Notes under the pieces: model-generated
Told to the model about the DNA's origin: nothing
The model's input: only the letters and a program-made list of their open reading frames with translations
Database searches by the model: none
NCBI RefSeq assembly: GCF_018977255.1
Contig: NW_024704870.1
Coordinates: forward strand, 62,001-126,000
Length of the DNA stretch: 64,000 nucleotides
DNA from: Callorhinchus milii
Lineage: Eukaryota
Direction: 5' to 3'
Translations under genes and position numbers: made by a program
In this document: piece after piece, positions 26,215 to 40,256 of the stretch
Numbering within the stretch: position 1 is the stretch's first letter
How the letters are laid out: every line of letters begins with the position of its first letter

Positions 26215-27430
26215 TGTCGCTCTTGAGAAAGAAGACTTTGCCGTCAGAGTTTGATGATTGAATGTGTATGTCGACGGTGACGGGTTTCAACATCACATCC
26301 GTGACCCCACAGCAGCGTTTCCTTGACACACTTACCCCGTGACATTGTCACGCCGCTAAATATGGGCGTTGGGCTACACTCACTTACATGCTGAATGATT
26401 TCAGAGCCACCACAAGATGATGTCAAAGATACTGTGGATAAAAGTTTGGTGAGGAAGGATCATAACAATCCTTGCATTTGATAAAGCGCCTTTGGACATC
26501 AATTACAACAACAAACAGCAACAAGTAACATGTTTGATGTTGCTCGGACGTCCTTAGTCGCTGGACAGTGAATGTGTTTGCACTCGGGATTAGAAGGCGA
26601 GAGAAGATGGTGGGTGGAGGAGTGATGGCCACTGAAGACTCGGTTGAGAAGGATGGTCTTCAGACGGGCACTGAATGAGGAAAAGGGGACACAAACGTTT
26701 TAGAAGATGTCATAGATCCTCTTCCAACTTTAGATGCTACCACCGAACCTCAGCGACCTCCACAAACACTACACTCAATACGCTATCAATACCAAATCTA
26801 CCAGGACCCTCAATTGGATCTGTCAGGATATAGCTAATCGTTTCGAGTCGTTCCGTGGGATATTTAGCACTCACCTGAACAGTCATGGATTGAGTGACCA
26901 ACATTGTTTTCGAAGGAATTTTTATTACCCCGGAAACCGATAGGCCGATCGATTTACACCCGGGTTCTTTGTCACTGCGAGATAAACAGCGGTCTGTGTT
27001 TGGAGTAAGGCAACTTGCCTAAGGTTTCACTAGGCTCAGAATTGAACCAGGTTCCTCCAGTTTGTCAGACGACTGCTGTTCCCTCTCCGCCACACGACTC
27101 CGTGTAAATTAACAAAAAAACAAAAGAAACAGGATTGGCTTTTATTTTCTTTGCAAACTGATGTAAACTAACAGCAACTGGGCCTGTAACGCCAACTCGT
27201 TCACTAAGGGTTGTCTGCATTTGCTGTGACAGATAATGTTGTGAAAGTTTAGCTGACAAGTTGATGTCAGGTGAATGTGGTTTCCTTTGAGTCTGGAGAT
27301 TGAAATGTCTGCTATCCGCAGGGCCTCAATGCCTGACCAATTTTCCGCACAACCTTCAACAGACAGATCATCCCTATGTAAAAGCGAAGGTAGTTTTTGT
27401 CCGAGACTTACAGTGCTGTCAATCACTGTG

Positions 27431-28427
27431 GTGAGACTCAAAGCACAGTGATACACAGCGCTGTCAGACACCACCAGCACAGACATAGAGAAACTGGTGG
27501 ATGAATTGGATTCCCGTAGCTGAGCAGAGAAACGATTTTCAGTTCCTGTTCCTTGGTATTGATTGTCATCCCCAGAATAGCTCGCAACGAAAAACTCTGG
27601 CTGCCTGTCTGGGTAATGTCGGTACAAGTAGAGATGGTAATACCTATCAGTAGTGGCATAAGTGCACTGAAAATTCACAGTTTCTCCTTCTGCCCTAACC
27701 ATCGAGGCAGCATTCTGACTAACAGAGGCCCCGTCAGAGTGATCTGTAATAAACATTGAAAAGTACGACAATTTATCATTCACCCTTTGCCTGAGTTGTT
27801 TTTTCATCGACTGGCGACGTCCTCCCAACGAAAAAGGCGCTATAGTAGCCCCCGTTGTGAGTAATGAAGTAATAATAATTTTAAATTTTCATTTTAAATA
27901 ACATCTGAGGTTGTCATTGATAGGCATTAACGTGCTTCACCGAAGAAATTGTGAAGCGGAGTACTCTGCATTTTTGCGGGCCAAAAGCGGCAAACAATTA
28001 TGCATAGCAGGAACCCAAGAAGAGTGGTGGAGGTTATAACAAACTATTACTTGAAAAAAATTTAACGTATTGTTGCCCCAGAAAAAGAGATGCGCCAAAG
28101 CTCTAAAAACATTTCAGTAGAGAAATGATTTTAATTTGGAAGATTGTTACTCCCAGGTTTATAAAGCGAAGGATTTCCGAATGACTGATTGATAAACAGA
28201 GGCGTTTCTGTGGAGTAAGGAACCTTCAAATATTTGCACCCTGCCCAGGAATCGAAGCAAGGTCCACTCGCTTGAGAGCCGAGTGCACTAAACACAGAGC
28301 TATAGGTTTACCCCCACCAGTTGTTGTTGAAATGAAGCTGACCATCAGCAGCAACACTGAATTAGCTCAACAGGGCCTCACCTGACATAAAGGTTCCCAG
28401 CACAAGACAGACAGCAAACCGCCTCAT
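27431..28427 (-). CDS. TCR V (family ELCxGD): open frame but conserved Trp replaced by Leu (YLYR)
   Basis: Leader 28382-28427; exon 27431-27743; RSS 27392-27430 with 23-bp spacer. Confidence 0.8.
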
Positions 28428-29174
28428 TGCTGCTATTCAGTCGGTGTGGCTGTGTTTGTGGCATCATTTTGCTGATAACCCGCATTGATTGTCGGCATTG
28501 GCGGAGCCACAGTCTCACGTCACCTCATTGGCATCTCAGCCGCGTTTCAAAAATGCCAACCAATTACCTATATACGTTGCCTTTCACCTGTCACTGGGCG
28601 TATGGAATCCTCCCACTCAGCTCTTGTTAAGTCGGCAAGATAAAGTTCTAACGAGAAAGAAGATGATATCTGGAGAAACAGCGGTAAAGCTTACCAGTCA
28701 GAGATGTCGATTGTCAACTATGTGGTTTTAACTAATTGGACTCGAGCAGATAGCCATCGCACACTCAGAGATCCCCAATCCTTGGCTCTTGCCACCCACC
28801 AAATAATATTCTCCGGAATTAGTTAAGCAGGATGTGTCCTTCCAGGCAGAGTGAGTGCATTCCATTCCGAGAACCAATCTCTGACATTTCCAAGTATAGG
28901 TAGGATAAATGGAAATCTCATCTTTGTTTGGAGACTGTTAAGCATGGTGAATGGTATAGGCATTTGTTGAAGAAAACACTTAAAATTTGCAGTGTCATCA
29001 TTTTAGTTGACAAAAAGCTTTAGCATCATTACTTGGTATATAATTGTAATGTGTCGCCCTCTAGAAGCCACAGTGCCATAGTTCAACTCTGCTATCATAT
29101 TCGATGCCAAACTTGAAGTAAAGCAATGATTGTAGTAATAATGTGCTGTGGTTCCCAGTGGCTTATATCACCTG

Positions 29175-29234
29175 AGGCTCAGAGTACAGTAACACACCCC
29201 GCTGTCAGTCACTGTGACGGTACAAATAATGAAG
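29175..29234 (-). pseudogene. V relic (FR3 end only)
   Basis: Diverged copy of 5711-5770. Confidence 0.5.
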
Positions 29235-30951
29235 CCCCAACTCCCACAGACTAAATCCTCGCCTCACAATTATGTTGAGCTGTTCTGAGCCCCAAAGGGC
29301 AATTTGCAAGTGTAATAGTTCACATTGCAATACTGAATATTGTCACTGGCAATAATGGCTCACTTAATTTTTTCCTTCATGGGCTGACAACCAGGATCCT
29401 ACGTGATGTCCAATATTTTGCCCTGGCAGGAATCGAACCCGGGTCTCTCGCTTCCAAAGCGAAAGTTTTAAAAACCGAGTTGCATGACTCCATTAATAAA
29501 AGCTATGCAATCAATGTTGATATTTGACTGAAACGTTGACTATCTGCCCTAAATGATTACCTATCAGGAAAGCAGCGATCGTCACCCAGAACATAAAGTG
29601 CCCCATCATCTGAGCTCTATCTGCAGATGCCCAATGATCACCTGTAAGATATTTGAGGTGATTGGCACCAGTCCCCGGAGTTATGACCTGTGGTTTCATT
29701 GACACCGTCCAATAGGTTAAGTGTAAAACATCCACCAGATCAGAAACAAAGTCCAATAAATTATTTTTATTTGATTAGAAACATACATCCACAGGTTCCT
29801 GGAATATAACATAACAGATGGAGGCCATTTTGACCATCAAAGCTGTGCTATGCCATCAAAGATTTTTCGCGGATAAAAATTCCTTGAATAAAGATGAAAA
29901 CGAAAATTGCAACCTTATTCTATGACTGTTTGTGCAACACCGCTGTGCGAAATTACCTGCGCACTTAGCCCACAAAATGTACAGACAATTCACTTTATAG
30001 TGCATAACGTCAAGCGTTTTAAGAGGCCGTGATTGACAAAGCGCTATGTCAAGTACAAGCAATATTTAATTAAAAAATATATTGATATTCAATTTCTATT
30101 TTAAACTTGCCTTTCAGGTGTGACCCGTGAAGGTGATGTGAAAGAGTCAAGCAATCAGATCTACTCCCCCATTATTTCCCAATAGCCTTGCATTATTTTC
30201 CTATGTAGCTCCCTTTCCAATTCTCTTTTGAAAGCTTCTACCGAATCTGGTTCCAACACACTTTCAGTGCATTCAGTTCATTCTGAAGAGTAACATGTCT
30301 CGGTGTTAAAAAAATGCCGCCTCAATTCTCCTCCAGATATTTTGCAATTATCTTCAATCTGCAAAATAAATTCAGGAGCTGAACACGTAAAATATGTGAA
30401 CGAAGTGTGACACGGGCTATCCGTTAACAGATTGGACTGAAAGGCAACACACGTTTAAACCACGTTTCAATCATAAAACATAAATGCCAACAAACCATGT
30501 TGCTGAACTCTGTACATTTAACCTTCAATGACTCCAATGACCTGGAACTGTGTGGCCAAAGGTGCAAAGATATTGAGAAAGTGCGAAATCTCAGGTTGTT
30601 GCGCATGATATAAAGTGAAGAGTCGTGACTGTAGCTTTTAGTCAACTCACAATCAATTCACGTCAGAGGGTGTCCTGTATAGCGCTTTGAGAATACTGGA
30701 ACACCAGATAAGATGCTATATTAAATGTAAGGATAATTATTATTAAATTCACTCTTTCCCCACATGAAACACTGCATCACATTTTGCTTTTGGTTGGCAA
30801 TTAGTCACGAGTTTCCTATGAGAGACACAGCGGCAAAGTCACAAATTCTCAAGTAGGTCAACTGTCAGGAATAACATCTCTGCTGAGATGAAACCTTTTC
30901 TCTCCTCTTTGGATGTTTTTGTACATGGTGTAGTCCGACAGTACCACTGGG

Positions 30952-31228
30952 TGTGTTATGGCAGTGTAATGCTTGGTGTTAGATAATGCCAAGGGGAGCA
31001 TACACACATTAGATCTCTTGCTGCTCGTGTCCAGATTTGCCGTTAAATGTTGTGTTGCAAACTCAGCATAGAAAGTGTCCCCATCATCATCATCATGTCT
31101 CCGCGTTTACAGATGAGTTTCCCCTGGATACTGACTCTATCAGAACATTAAAACATTGTTGAAATCAGCAGATTACGTGCAGCTCAGTGTTACAGTCTAA
31201 CCTTGAGTAAAAGACACTTCCATTATGA
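30952..31228 (-). pseudogene. Degenerate TCR V pseudogene (family GDGVSVEPSE)
   Basis: Stop before TVTLSC, 5' end disrupted; heptamer CCCAGTG (30945-30951). Confidence 0.7.
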
Positions 31229-32179
31229 TTCGGAATAGATGATTATCGAGAATGTATCTGCTGTAAGCTACATAATATTAATCATTGCATTTGATGGAGT
31301 CAATGTGTGTTTTCTGCAGGAGCGCACAGCAGTGTCCCACGAATAGTCGTGTATTGAGGGACCAAACTATTCCTACTTAACCCATAAGGGAAAACCTCTC
31401 TGTTAAAGGCAAGGGTTAATCAGTAATAATACCAACTTGTTTATTACAGGGGTTACTGTCTCGGAGAATGATCCGTCAGTCGACTAACACACGGGTTCGT
31501 ACTCACAGCTAAGAAAACAGAAGTGTTTGTGGATTGAGAACATTTGCCCAACATTTCTCCCAGCCTGGGATTGGATCCCAGGTCCTCTCGCTTGCGAATC
31601 GAGTTATCTAACCACTGAGGCACTGGACTCCACTGACAGTAAAATATCACATCACGGATTCTCATTGTATATATATTTTTTATTATTGACACTTGGTGCA
31701 TATTATTATTTTACTGACCATAATCCTACAGAATTTTTAATCACCTCTCTCACTCTGAAATAGAAACTGTTGGTTGCGACGATTTTACTACGAAATACAA
31801 TGAAATTTACATCGTCATTTCTGAAGCGCTTTTTGACGTCTCAATGAAGTGATACGCCACAACATCAAGTACAAGGACTATCACATTTTTATTAGGTTTT
31901 TATTACCGTAATTATTAACATCTGTAACTCACTAATTATCCAAATTCCGACAAAAGTTTATCACAGTGTAATATCTGTTGGTGAAAAAAAAACAAATATT
32001 CAGCGAGTGAAGTATCACATATTTTAGGTGACTTAATATGAGCTCAATCAGTTAAAAGCCATGGTGGCAGTTTGGAAAAGATTTGTTACACTGTCTGTCA
32101 CTAACTGTACTGTACTGTTTCCAGCTTTGGCTGTGATGAGGGTTATTGTACGAGGTTTCCTATGATGTGTACCACTGTG

Positions 32180-32482
32180 GTGCAGACTGAGTGCACTGTG
32201 ATACATAGCGGAGTCTGTCAGCCGCAGGTCGGCGATGGTTAAAACGCTGATTTTCTTGGCAGTGTCAAGAGAAGCAGAAATGTGATCTCCAGTGGGGTTT
32301 CCTCCCTCTCCTGAGGGGTTTCTCTGGAGCAGGTATTTCAGTTCCTCACCAGGGGACTGTCGGTACCAGGAGACGCTGAAATTCTCTCCACAGGACCCTG
32401 AATATTGGCAATGTAAATTTATCCTCTCACCAGCAAAAGCAGTTTGTTCAGGCGGTGATTTGGAAAAATGTACAACTCGATT
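32180..32482 (-). pseudogene. STCRDV: Supporting TCR-delta V pseudogene
   Basis: Acceptor AG>AA, +1 nt in FR1, second Cys>Ser (YHS); RSS intact at 32141-32179. Confidence 0.85.
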
Positions 32483-33257
32483 TTGCGGGATTTATATTGC
32501 AGGTTACTTTGTTTCGTTGTTTCGTATATCACAGTATTAAGCCATCGGCCAACTGTGAATGTTCAGATGGACTTTAAGTTCCCACTGCAGTTTTCGAAAT
32601 CTACTAATTAAGAAAAAACAGTGTTTTGCTTCACGAATATTTGTGGGAACTTGCTGTTAACAAATTGGCTACCGCGTTACCCAACATTCACAAAGTCACT
32701 TCACTTTAAATTGTATCATGTGAAACCCTTTGGGACGTTTCCCGCAGAGATTGGCATTATAATTTTATAAATATCTTTAGTCATACAAACTTATAATTTT
32801 GCAGCACAGAAGAATGTCATTCCAGCCATTGTGTCTCCGTCGGCTCTCTGAAAAGAGTTATCCCATTCAATTTCAATCCACTACTCTCTCCCCATAGCCT
32901 TACGAATATGAACTTCGCCCACAATTATCTATAGCAATGGTAGAAAGAGCAGTGGAAATTATTATAACAGAGAGCTCCTGCAGGTGAGGCATATTTTAGT
33001 GCAAACACTAATCATTACATGTCTGAATTGCAACAAACATTTGCCGAATTCTGCTAAACATTGGAGAAAAACAAACGAAATATAAAGAACAGAATATGAG
33101 CAAATTGATTTGAAATGAACTGAATAAGGTATAAGCCACGGTGGCAGTTGGAAAGGGTTTGCTTACACTCTCTGTCACTAACTGCACTGTACTGTTTCCC
33201 AGCTTTGGTTGTGATGAGGGTTATTGTACGAGGTTTCCTATGATGTGTATCACTGTG

Positions 33258-33559
33258 GTGCAGACTGAGTGCACAGTGGTACAGAGCGGAGTCTGTCAGC
33301 CGCAGGTCGGCGATGGTTAAAACGCTGATTTTCTTGGCAGTGTCAAGAGAAGCAGAAATGTGATCTCCAGTGGGATTTACTCCCTCTCCTGAGGGTTTTC
33401 TGTGGAGCAGATATTTTAGGCCCTCGCCAGGGGTCTGACGGTACCAGGAGACGCTGAAATTCTGTCCACAGAACCCTGAATATTGGCAATGTACATTAAT
33501 CCTCTCACCAGAAAAAGCACTTTGCTCAGGCGGTGACTGGGAAACTGTATAACTGGATC
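33258..33559 (-). CDS. STCRDV: Leaderless supporting TCR-delta V with CDR1 Cys
   Basis: SSYTVSQSPPEQSAF..SGFCGQNF..YHCALSLH; RSS 33219-33257 with 23-bp spacer. Confidence 0.92.
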
Positions 33560-33619
33560 CTGCGGGATGCAAATTACAGGTTACTTAGAATTATGGCATC
33601 ATGGAACCAAACCCAACAA

Positions 33620-33990
33620 CAACACTTCAGGCAGTGCATTGCAGACTGTAACAACTTTCTTCGCAAATAAATCCTCATTATCTTACCTCTGGACCCTTTA
33701 CCACTTAACATAAATTTGGGTTCACTGGTTACTGAAACGCTGACCAATGAGAATATTTTATATTGATCCACTCTATCACATCACCTCACAAATATGAACA
33801 CTTCAATCAAATTTCCCCTCAACCTTCGGTCTCTAAGCAGAACATTACCAGAGACCCGAGTATCTCCATTTGAATGAAACCTCTCGCCCTGGGCATCATT
33901 CAAGAAAATCCCCTTCGAACTCTGTCCACGACCATAGCACTTTCCCCAACGTGTCCGTGAAAACCTTTATACTAAATGTAAGAATCACTG
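33620..33990 (-). mobile_element. CR1-type LINE 3' fragment
   Basis: Homologous in sequence and position to 19930-20300. Confidence 0.65.
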
Positions 33991-34580
33991 TTCAATCAAC
34001 AGTAGAAAGAGACGAGGAATGGATAAATTTTGAGTGCTGCTCTGCACCATCCAACGTGTGGCTATTGCTGTGACACCATTGATATGATCGCTCAACAATG
34101 CAACGTTTAATTAAGCTTTTTTTTATCTTATACTTAGCCTATGATCAGGGGAATGTTTTGCAGAGAATCAGGTGTCAGATTGTGCCGTTAAATCAGTGGG
34201 TTTACAGTTGAGGCAAATGGAAAGTTTCCTGCTGTAAATGGCGTTACATTAACACCTCTGCTGGAGGAGGTTTGTCTCTGACTTAATAATAATAATAATA
34301 ATAATAATCCTTGCATTTGATATAGCACTTTTCACGTCGGGAGGACGTCCCAAAGCGCTTCACAGAATACACTGTAAAGTGAATTGACTGTATATTTGTG
34401 GGCGAACGCGGCAGCCAATTGCGCACAGCAATGTCCCACAAACAGTCGTAGATTGAAAATGACCAATTTTATTATTGTTTTTAGTTTTGGTGGGATTATT
34501 ATTAGGCTCTGTGTGGAGAAAGGAAACTTGTTGCCAATGTCACTTTCTCTCTCAGTCTGCGAGCTGCTCATTGAAGGAAA

Positions 34581-34616
<36 letters not shown>

Positions 34617-34645
34617 CTGTTTTGTTTGTTTGTCTCTTTCTTTCC

Positions 34646-34676
<31 letters not shown>

Positions 34677-34944
34677 ATTCTTGCTTTCTTTCTTTCTTTC
34701 TTTCTCTCCTTTACGTAATCCTCTTCTTTATCTCTTACACCCTTTCGTTCTCTCTAAATCGCTTTTCTTTCTTTCTTCAACTTTCATATCTTACATATTC
34801 AGAAATCGCTGCGTATCAGCAAGCTTGATATTAACTTTCTTGGAGGTTAAGAATAAAACACTCAGCATATATGGAAACAGGAAAGTTGTTTACTTTTCAC
34901 ATTGAATCGGAACTGGGGGACAAAGAAACAACAACAACAAGATT

Positions 34945-35520
34945 ACATTTATAGAGCGCCGTTCACGTCGGGAGGAAGTCCCAAGGCGCTGGAACAAGTT
35001 GGGTCAGGACCCGAGCAGAGGAGAAATGGTCAGGGTGAGGGTTGGAAAGGGAGGGAGAAGGAGGAAATGGACAGGGTGAGGGTTGGAAAGGGAGGGAGCG
35101 AGGAGAAATGGTCAGGGTGAGGGGAGGGAAGAGAGGGAGCGAGGAGGGGTGAAATGTTCAGGCTGAGTAGAGGGAAGGAAGGGGGCGATGAGGGTAGAGA
35201 GTCGAGAGGGGAGCTGAAGGCACGATCAAAGAGAAGGTCTTGAGACCGGCCTTGAAGGAGGAAAGGGAGGAAGCGGCGAAGGCACTGGGGATGGAGTTCC
35301 AGAGCCTCGGGGCTGAGAGGCTGAAGGCCACCTATGTTAGAGCGGTTGGGACGAGGGATGTGGAGCATTCCGGAGCCAGAGGAACGGAGGGTACGGGCAG
35401 TTATGTCGGGAGGTATAGTGTATGTATAGTATGTATAGTAGGTCGGAGAGGTAGGAGGGAGCGAGGCCGTGAATGGCCTTGTAGGCGAGGATGAGGATCT
35501 TGAAATCAATCCTCTGGGGC
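34945..35520 (-). mobile_element. L2-clade LINE 3' end
   Basis: QRIDFKILILAYKAIHGLAPSYLSDLL..RTLRSSGSG..APRLWNSIP RT C-terminus; tail GGGACTTCCTCCCGACGTGAACGGCGCTCTATAAAT. Confidence 0.85.
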
Positions 35521-35953
35521 ACGGGAGAAGTTTGTATAATATTACACATTGCAGCCAGTTCAGTTCGAAAGAAACCCCACTTCCCGGGAGAATTGAGGAG
35601 GATAGGGATTTTTATCATTTCCTTTGACCCAAGATATATTGCTTCAAGTAAACACCGGAATTTACAGTCAACAATTCCTCTGGGTATGTCGCTTTGGAAC
35701 CAATATCCAGACAAAGTTAGTGACTTTACAAAATATAAAATAAAAGCTGGTCATTTGAGAAACACGCTTCATATTTGGAGCTCAGTAATCCTTTCTGCAA
35801 CACAGAATGCATTTTTCTTCATAATTGCTAATATCGGTTGTAGGAAAGGCTCAGTTGTAAATAATTGGGAGCTGTCGTTCAGAATAATACACTTTACAAA
35901 TTGACTTGAATAAAATTTCATTTTAGTACGAAAGAAGTTTTTTNCTCACTTAC

Positions 35954-36009
35954 TTTCAGTTACAGTTAAATTGGTTCCTGATCCATCTTCTGTGTATTCA
36001 TCGCAATAC
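35954..36009 (-). CDS. NTCRJ: NAR-TCR J segment
   Basis: YCDEYTEDGSGTNLTVTE + GTAAG; RSS cacagtc-23-gcaaaacct 36010-36048. Confidence 0.92.
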
Positions 36010-36388
36010 CACAGTCACACAACTCTCATCCTACACAGTGCAAAACCTGTTGTATCAGATCATGGTTTAATACTGTCACAAATAAAACTAGATGCTGACA
36101 AATGGTTCAATAATTTCGATTTGATCAACACTTTCCGAACTTCAGACTTTTTATTTGTCCATATCATGTTTCTATTCATTGTTTCCACCCAAACGCTGAC
36201 GAAGTTGACGGCCCAGCGAACAGCTTTCTGCAAAATTCATGCAAAATGTCAGCTTGAAATAAATAATATTGAGAGTAAGCTTTCGACATATTCAGCAGCA
36301 TAAAATAGGACATAATTTTCATTGATCAAGTCTAATTTATTTTCTTGAAAATAGCTGTGTAGTATTTGTGCTGTTGTTTTGCAATGTG

Positions 36389-36404
36389 ACCCTCGCAAAC
36401 ACAG
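36389..36404 (-). CDS. NTCRD: NAR-TCR D segment (12/12 RSS)
   Basis: CTGTGTTTGCGAGGGT; cacagta-12-acaaaaacc 36405-36432; agtatttgt-12-caatgtg 36361-36388. Confidence 0.92.
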
Positions 36405-36785
36405 CACAGTATTTAATGTCAACACAAAAACCAATGGTTTGAACAACAATTGATATGTGTTCTGCAATTTAAAATCAACCAATCAATGACATAACGTGTA
36501 AAATTCTTTTGAATATTGTCCCAGTAGGACTTTGTATGCCTCAGCAATAAATTGTTATTGATACGAAATCAAGCAGAATTCTTTCGACAGAGTCGTAATG
36601 ATTTTTCTTAAGTATTCATAAATAATGGTCGTCTCTTAAAGGAAGTGATATTAAACATCATTGCATATCTCACACCAATGAGGAATGCGCATTGAACTCA
36701 CTGACAAGTTCACATTCTCTGTGGTTTACCTGTGAGTTGGCGATTGGCCTTTTTGTATTGTTGGAAGCCCAGATACAGCATTGTG

Positions 36786-37521
36786 GACAACCACCATCGC
36801 TATCCCATCTCCAGAGATATCGAGCTTTACAGTAATAGTCAGCGCTGTCTTCAACTTGCAAAACATTAATTTCCAGAGAAGAGGACCACGATTCCATATC
36901 TGTCTTCACAACAAACCGTCCTTCACGAGGGATGGGCTTCCAATCTCTTTCATTTGGAAACCGCCTATAAAACTCCATACTTTGGAATACGCTTTGATAA
37001 CTTGCTGAGAAGACACAGTTGATGGTTAAAGACTCGCATTCTTGTCTTCTAACAGGAGACGGTGTCTGCGTTACTTTAGCGCTGAAAACATCTGAAAATG
37101 ATTCACAATATTACATCAGTTTAACAGATCTTCAAATTTGACCACTTCTATTGCAAATCCATTGCAAGCACTGGCTTGTTTTCCCTTGATATCAGCAAAT
37201 ATAATATAATCATGATTTTGTAATATAATTATAATATTAATGAGTACATAACATTGTGATGTATAACGAAATTAAAGCAAAATAATTGACTGCCGCGTTT
37301 CGCCCACAAAATACAAAGTTATTTCAGTACACAAACCAATGTTTGAAGCGACCTGAGACGTCCCATCCACATCTTAACGCTATACATCAATTACACGGAT
37401 TATTTATATTGTGCAAATATAGTATTGATGACATTCACTGCTGCAGTGTAGTGCTGTGTTGTGGAAACAACCACTTACATTGTAAGAAGAGGAAGGAGAT
37501 GGAGACGCAGAGGAGAGACAT
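36786..37521 (-). CDS. NTCRV: NAR-TCR V with long germline CDR3 extension
   Basis: Leader 37479-37521; exon 36786-37091 AKVTQTPSPVRRQECESLTINC..DYYCKARYLWRWDSDGGC; RSS CACAATG-22-ACAAAAAGG 36748-36785. Confidence 0.92.
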
Positions 37522-38347
37522 CCTCTCACCGCTGGGAGTTACCGTCAGCCCCGGACACCTCAGAGTGACTGTGAGTAACACTGGGCTGTTCTGTAAGAGC
37601 GTTGGAGACTTGGTTTATTTGTGATGAACAGCGTCACATCATGGCTGGTGTCAGCGGCTTTGAGGGGTGGGCGGGGGGTGGTTTGGGGGTGGAGGGGAAC
37701 AACATACATGAGGAAAGGGACTGATTAACTGTGCCCGAGAGCAATGGGCAGAGAGGGGGATTTGGCTATGACTGTGAGACTCTCATTTAAGTTTAAATGG
37801 ACAATTGACGGGGAAGCCAACGAGATGGAGTATAATCTGACACTGTGAGAGGGACAAAGGCTGTTTGGTGTAGAGAGGGCTTTACTGGGAATTGGGAAAG
37901 GTACATAAATAAACTACTTACACACCTTTGACTTGAAGTGAGTCCTGTTACAGTGACCAGCAGCAGGACGGGGAAGCCGGTCAAGGCAGCAGAGAGTGAG
38001 TGAGATATGGGTGATGATGGATGGGAAGGTGTAGGGAGAAATTGGAGTGAAGGAGTATGGCATGCGGTGGTTTTATAATTCATGGGAATAGAGGGGGTGA
38101 CAAAGGGATGATGGAGGAGGAAGAGAAGGCAGCGAACATGATGGTCACTTTTCAGCCTATCATGGGAAGGAGTTTTTCACGACTTAACGATATGGTAATG
38201 CACTGTATTATTATACAAGCAATACTATTAATTCCTGACTGTCTGTCTGTCTCTATTTCCGTGTGTCTGTGTATCTGTATGTGTGTGTGTGTGTGTGTCT
38301 GTCTGTCTCTGGCTGTCCGTCTGTGTGAGTTTCTCTCTCTCTCTCCC

Positions 38348-38382
<35 letters not shown>

Positions 38383-38772
38383 AGCTGTCTTTCTTTGAAT
38401 CGTTAGTAAAGCTTCTTTGCTGCACACACACACACACGCCTCTGTTTAATGTTAAGTGCAACCCGCTTGTTTTTCGAATGCTTCACCTCTTTCCAGCGTT
38501 AAAACATCTCTGCCATATAATAATAATAATTGAATTAGTAATCCATCACTAAATATATGACGCCGCCTCTTTTAGGCGAAACGTGCCAATGGTTTCGCCT
38601 AAAAAACAGTCACGACGCTTTACAGTATATTCTGTAAAGTGTTTGGTGGCGTCTCGTTGACGTGATGGGGCGCTGTATAAAAAAGAAAGATTGTTAGTTT
38701 TGGTTATTCTTTTCAGAAATATCATTGGTCTTGAGCATTGTGGTGATTTAGCGGTTTAATGAGGAGCAGCTG

Positions 38773-38873
38773 ATCACTTTAGGTATAAGAAGATAATCAC
38801 TTTTGGAATAAGAAGATAATCACTTTAGGTATAAGAAGATAATCACTTTTGGAATAAGAAGATAATCACTTTG
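38773..38873. repeat. 23-bp tandem repeat, about 4 copies
   Basis: atcactttaggtataagaagata and atcacttttggaataagaagata alternate; single copy at the paralogous site near 55455. Confidence 0.85.
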
Positions 38874-39746
38874 GGGATTATTTTTTGACTTGAACGATGG
38901 AGTGGGAGAGCAAAGCAGTTTTGGGATGTGTGTGAGGGAGAGGCGGTAGGTTGATCATGTTGGAGTCCACTGTCATCTTATAAGCCTTATAATCCTTGCA
39001 TCGTATATGGATCCCTGTCACGACGCGAAGAGATTCAAAAAATAGACTGAAGAGTTGATTGATTTTACATTTTCTTGGAAAAATAAATCATCCAATTGTG
39101 CACAGCAGTTTCCCAAAAACAGTCGCAGATTGAGCGATCGAATTAATATTTTGCTCATTTATTTATTTTCTTGCTTGAAAAAATCAATGCATGTGTTTTC
39201 TTTTTTAATTAAACATAGATTTAATTATCTACGAATCGAGTAACAAGTGGGCTAATACTTATTTTTAGGTAAACAAAGAGACGTGTGAAGTAAGGACAAT
39301 TGCCTATCATTTTTTTTCCAACCAGGAATCGAAACCAGCTCCTCTCACTTCTGATATCATTGCTCTAACCACTAAGATAAAAGACAACACGTTGTGTGCA
39401 GTGCTCAGCACTAATAAGGTTTCCTCCTGATGCGAAAACTGCTGCATAAAAATGAGATTTATTGTATTGTTATACAGCGACATCTGTTGGCATTTCAGGA
39501 GAATGTCAGGAGTTGAAGTATTAAATCTAAAATCTTGGTTAGAATTACCAGAGTGTGCATTGTGGACTGTACACCGTTAATATGAATATTCAGATTAAAA
39601 CCCTCCACTTGAACAGCGCCTTCATCAAACTCTACTTACGATATCTTTGCTCCACGAATTCCCCCCACGATGACAGGACTTGTTAAATAGGTCAACTGTC
39701 AGACGAACATCTGTGCTGAGAACAAACCTTCTCTCTCCTCTTGAGT

Positions 39747-39783
39747 GATTTAGTTACAGTGGTGTAGTCTGTCAATAACACGG
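39747..39783 (-). pseudogene. RSS-only remnant of a GDGVSVEPSE-family V, abutting a SINE tail; second copy near 56345
   Basis: Spacer acagtggtgtagtctgtcaataa and its 3' flank match that family; V exon absent. Confidence 0.5.
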
Positions 39784-40256
39784 AGAAATAATAATAATAT
39801 TCCTTGCATTTGATACAGCGACTGATCACATCTGCCAGAAGTCTCAAAGAGCATCAAAGGATACGCTGCAAAATCTAGTGAGTGTGTATGTTGTGGATGA
39901 AACGCAGCAGCCAACGGCACTCATCGAAGTACATCAACCTGTCGTGGATTGAGTGAAAAAAATATTATTATTTTTTAAAAGTATCAATACCCCAGAAAAA
40001 GCGATCCGCCAATCGACAACCAACCGCTTTCTTACTAACTGTGTTTTGCCCGATTGGGAATCAAACGTAAATCCAGTCGATTGCGAGGCGAGTGCTCTAA
40101 CATCTAAGCTACAGGATTTAAATGGATTGAAACTCTCTTTGCAAGAACTTTTCGTTTATATGTAAAACCAACGAAAGCAGAGTTCTTTGGGGTAACATTG
40201 TGCCTGAAGGTTAGTTGGGTTTGTGTACAGGGAAGTCATTGCCTTGCAGCACTGTG

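Noticed and set aside
38773-38873. CRISPR-like short repeat array
   Set aside because: Head-to-tail repeats without unique spacers, in eukaryotic DNA
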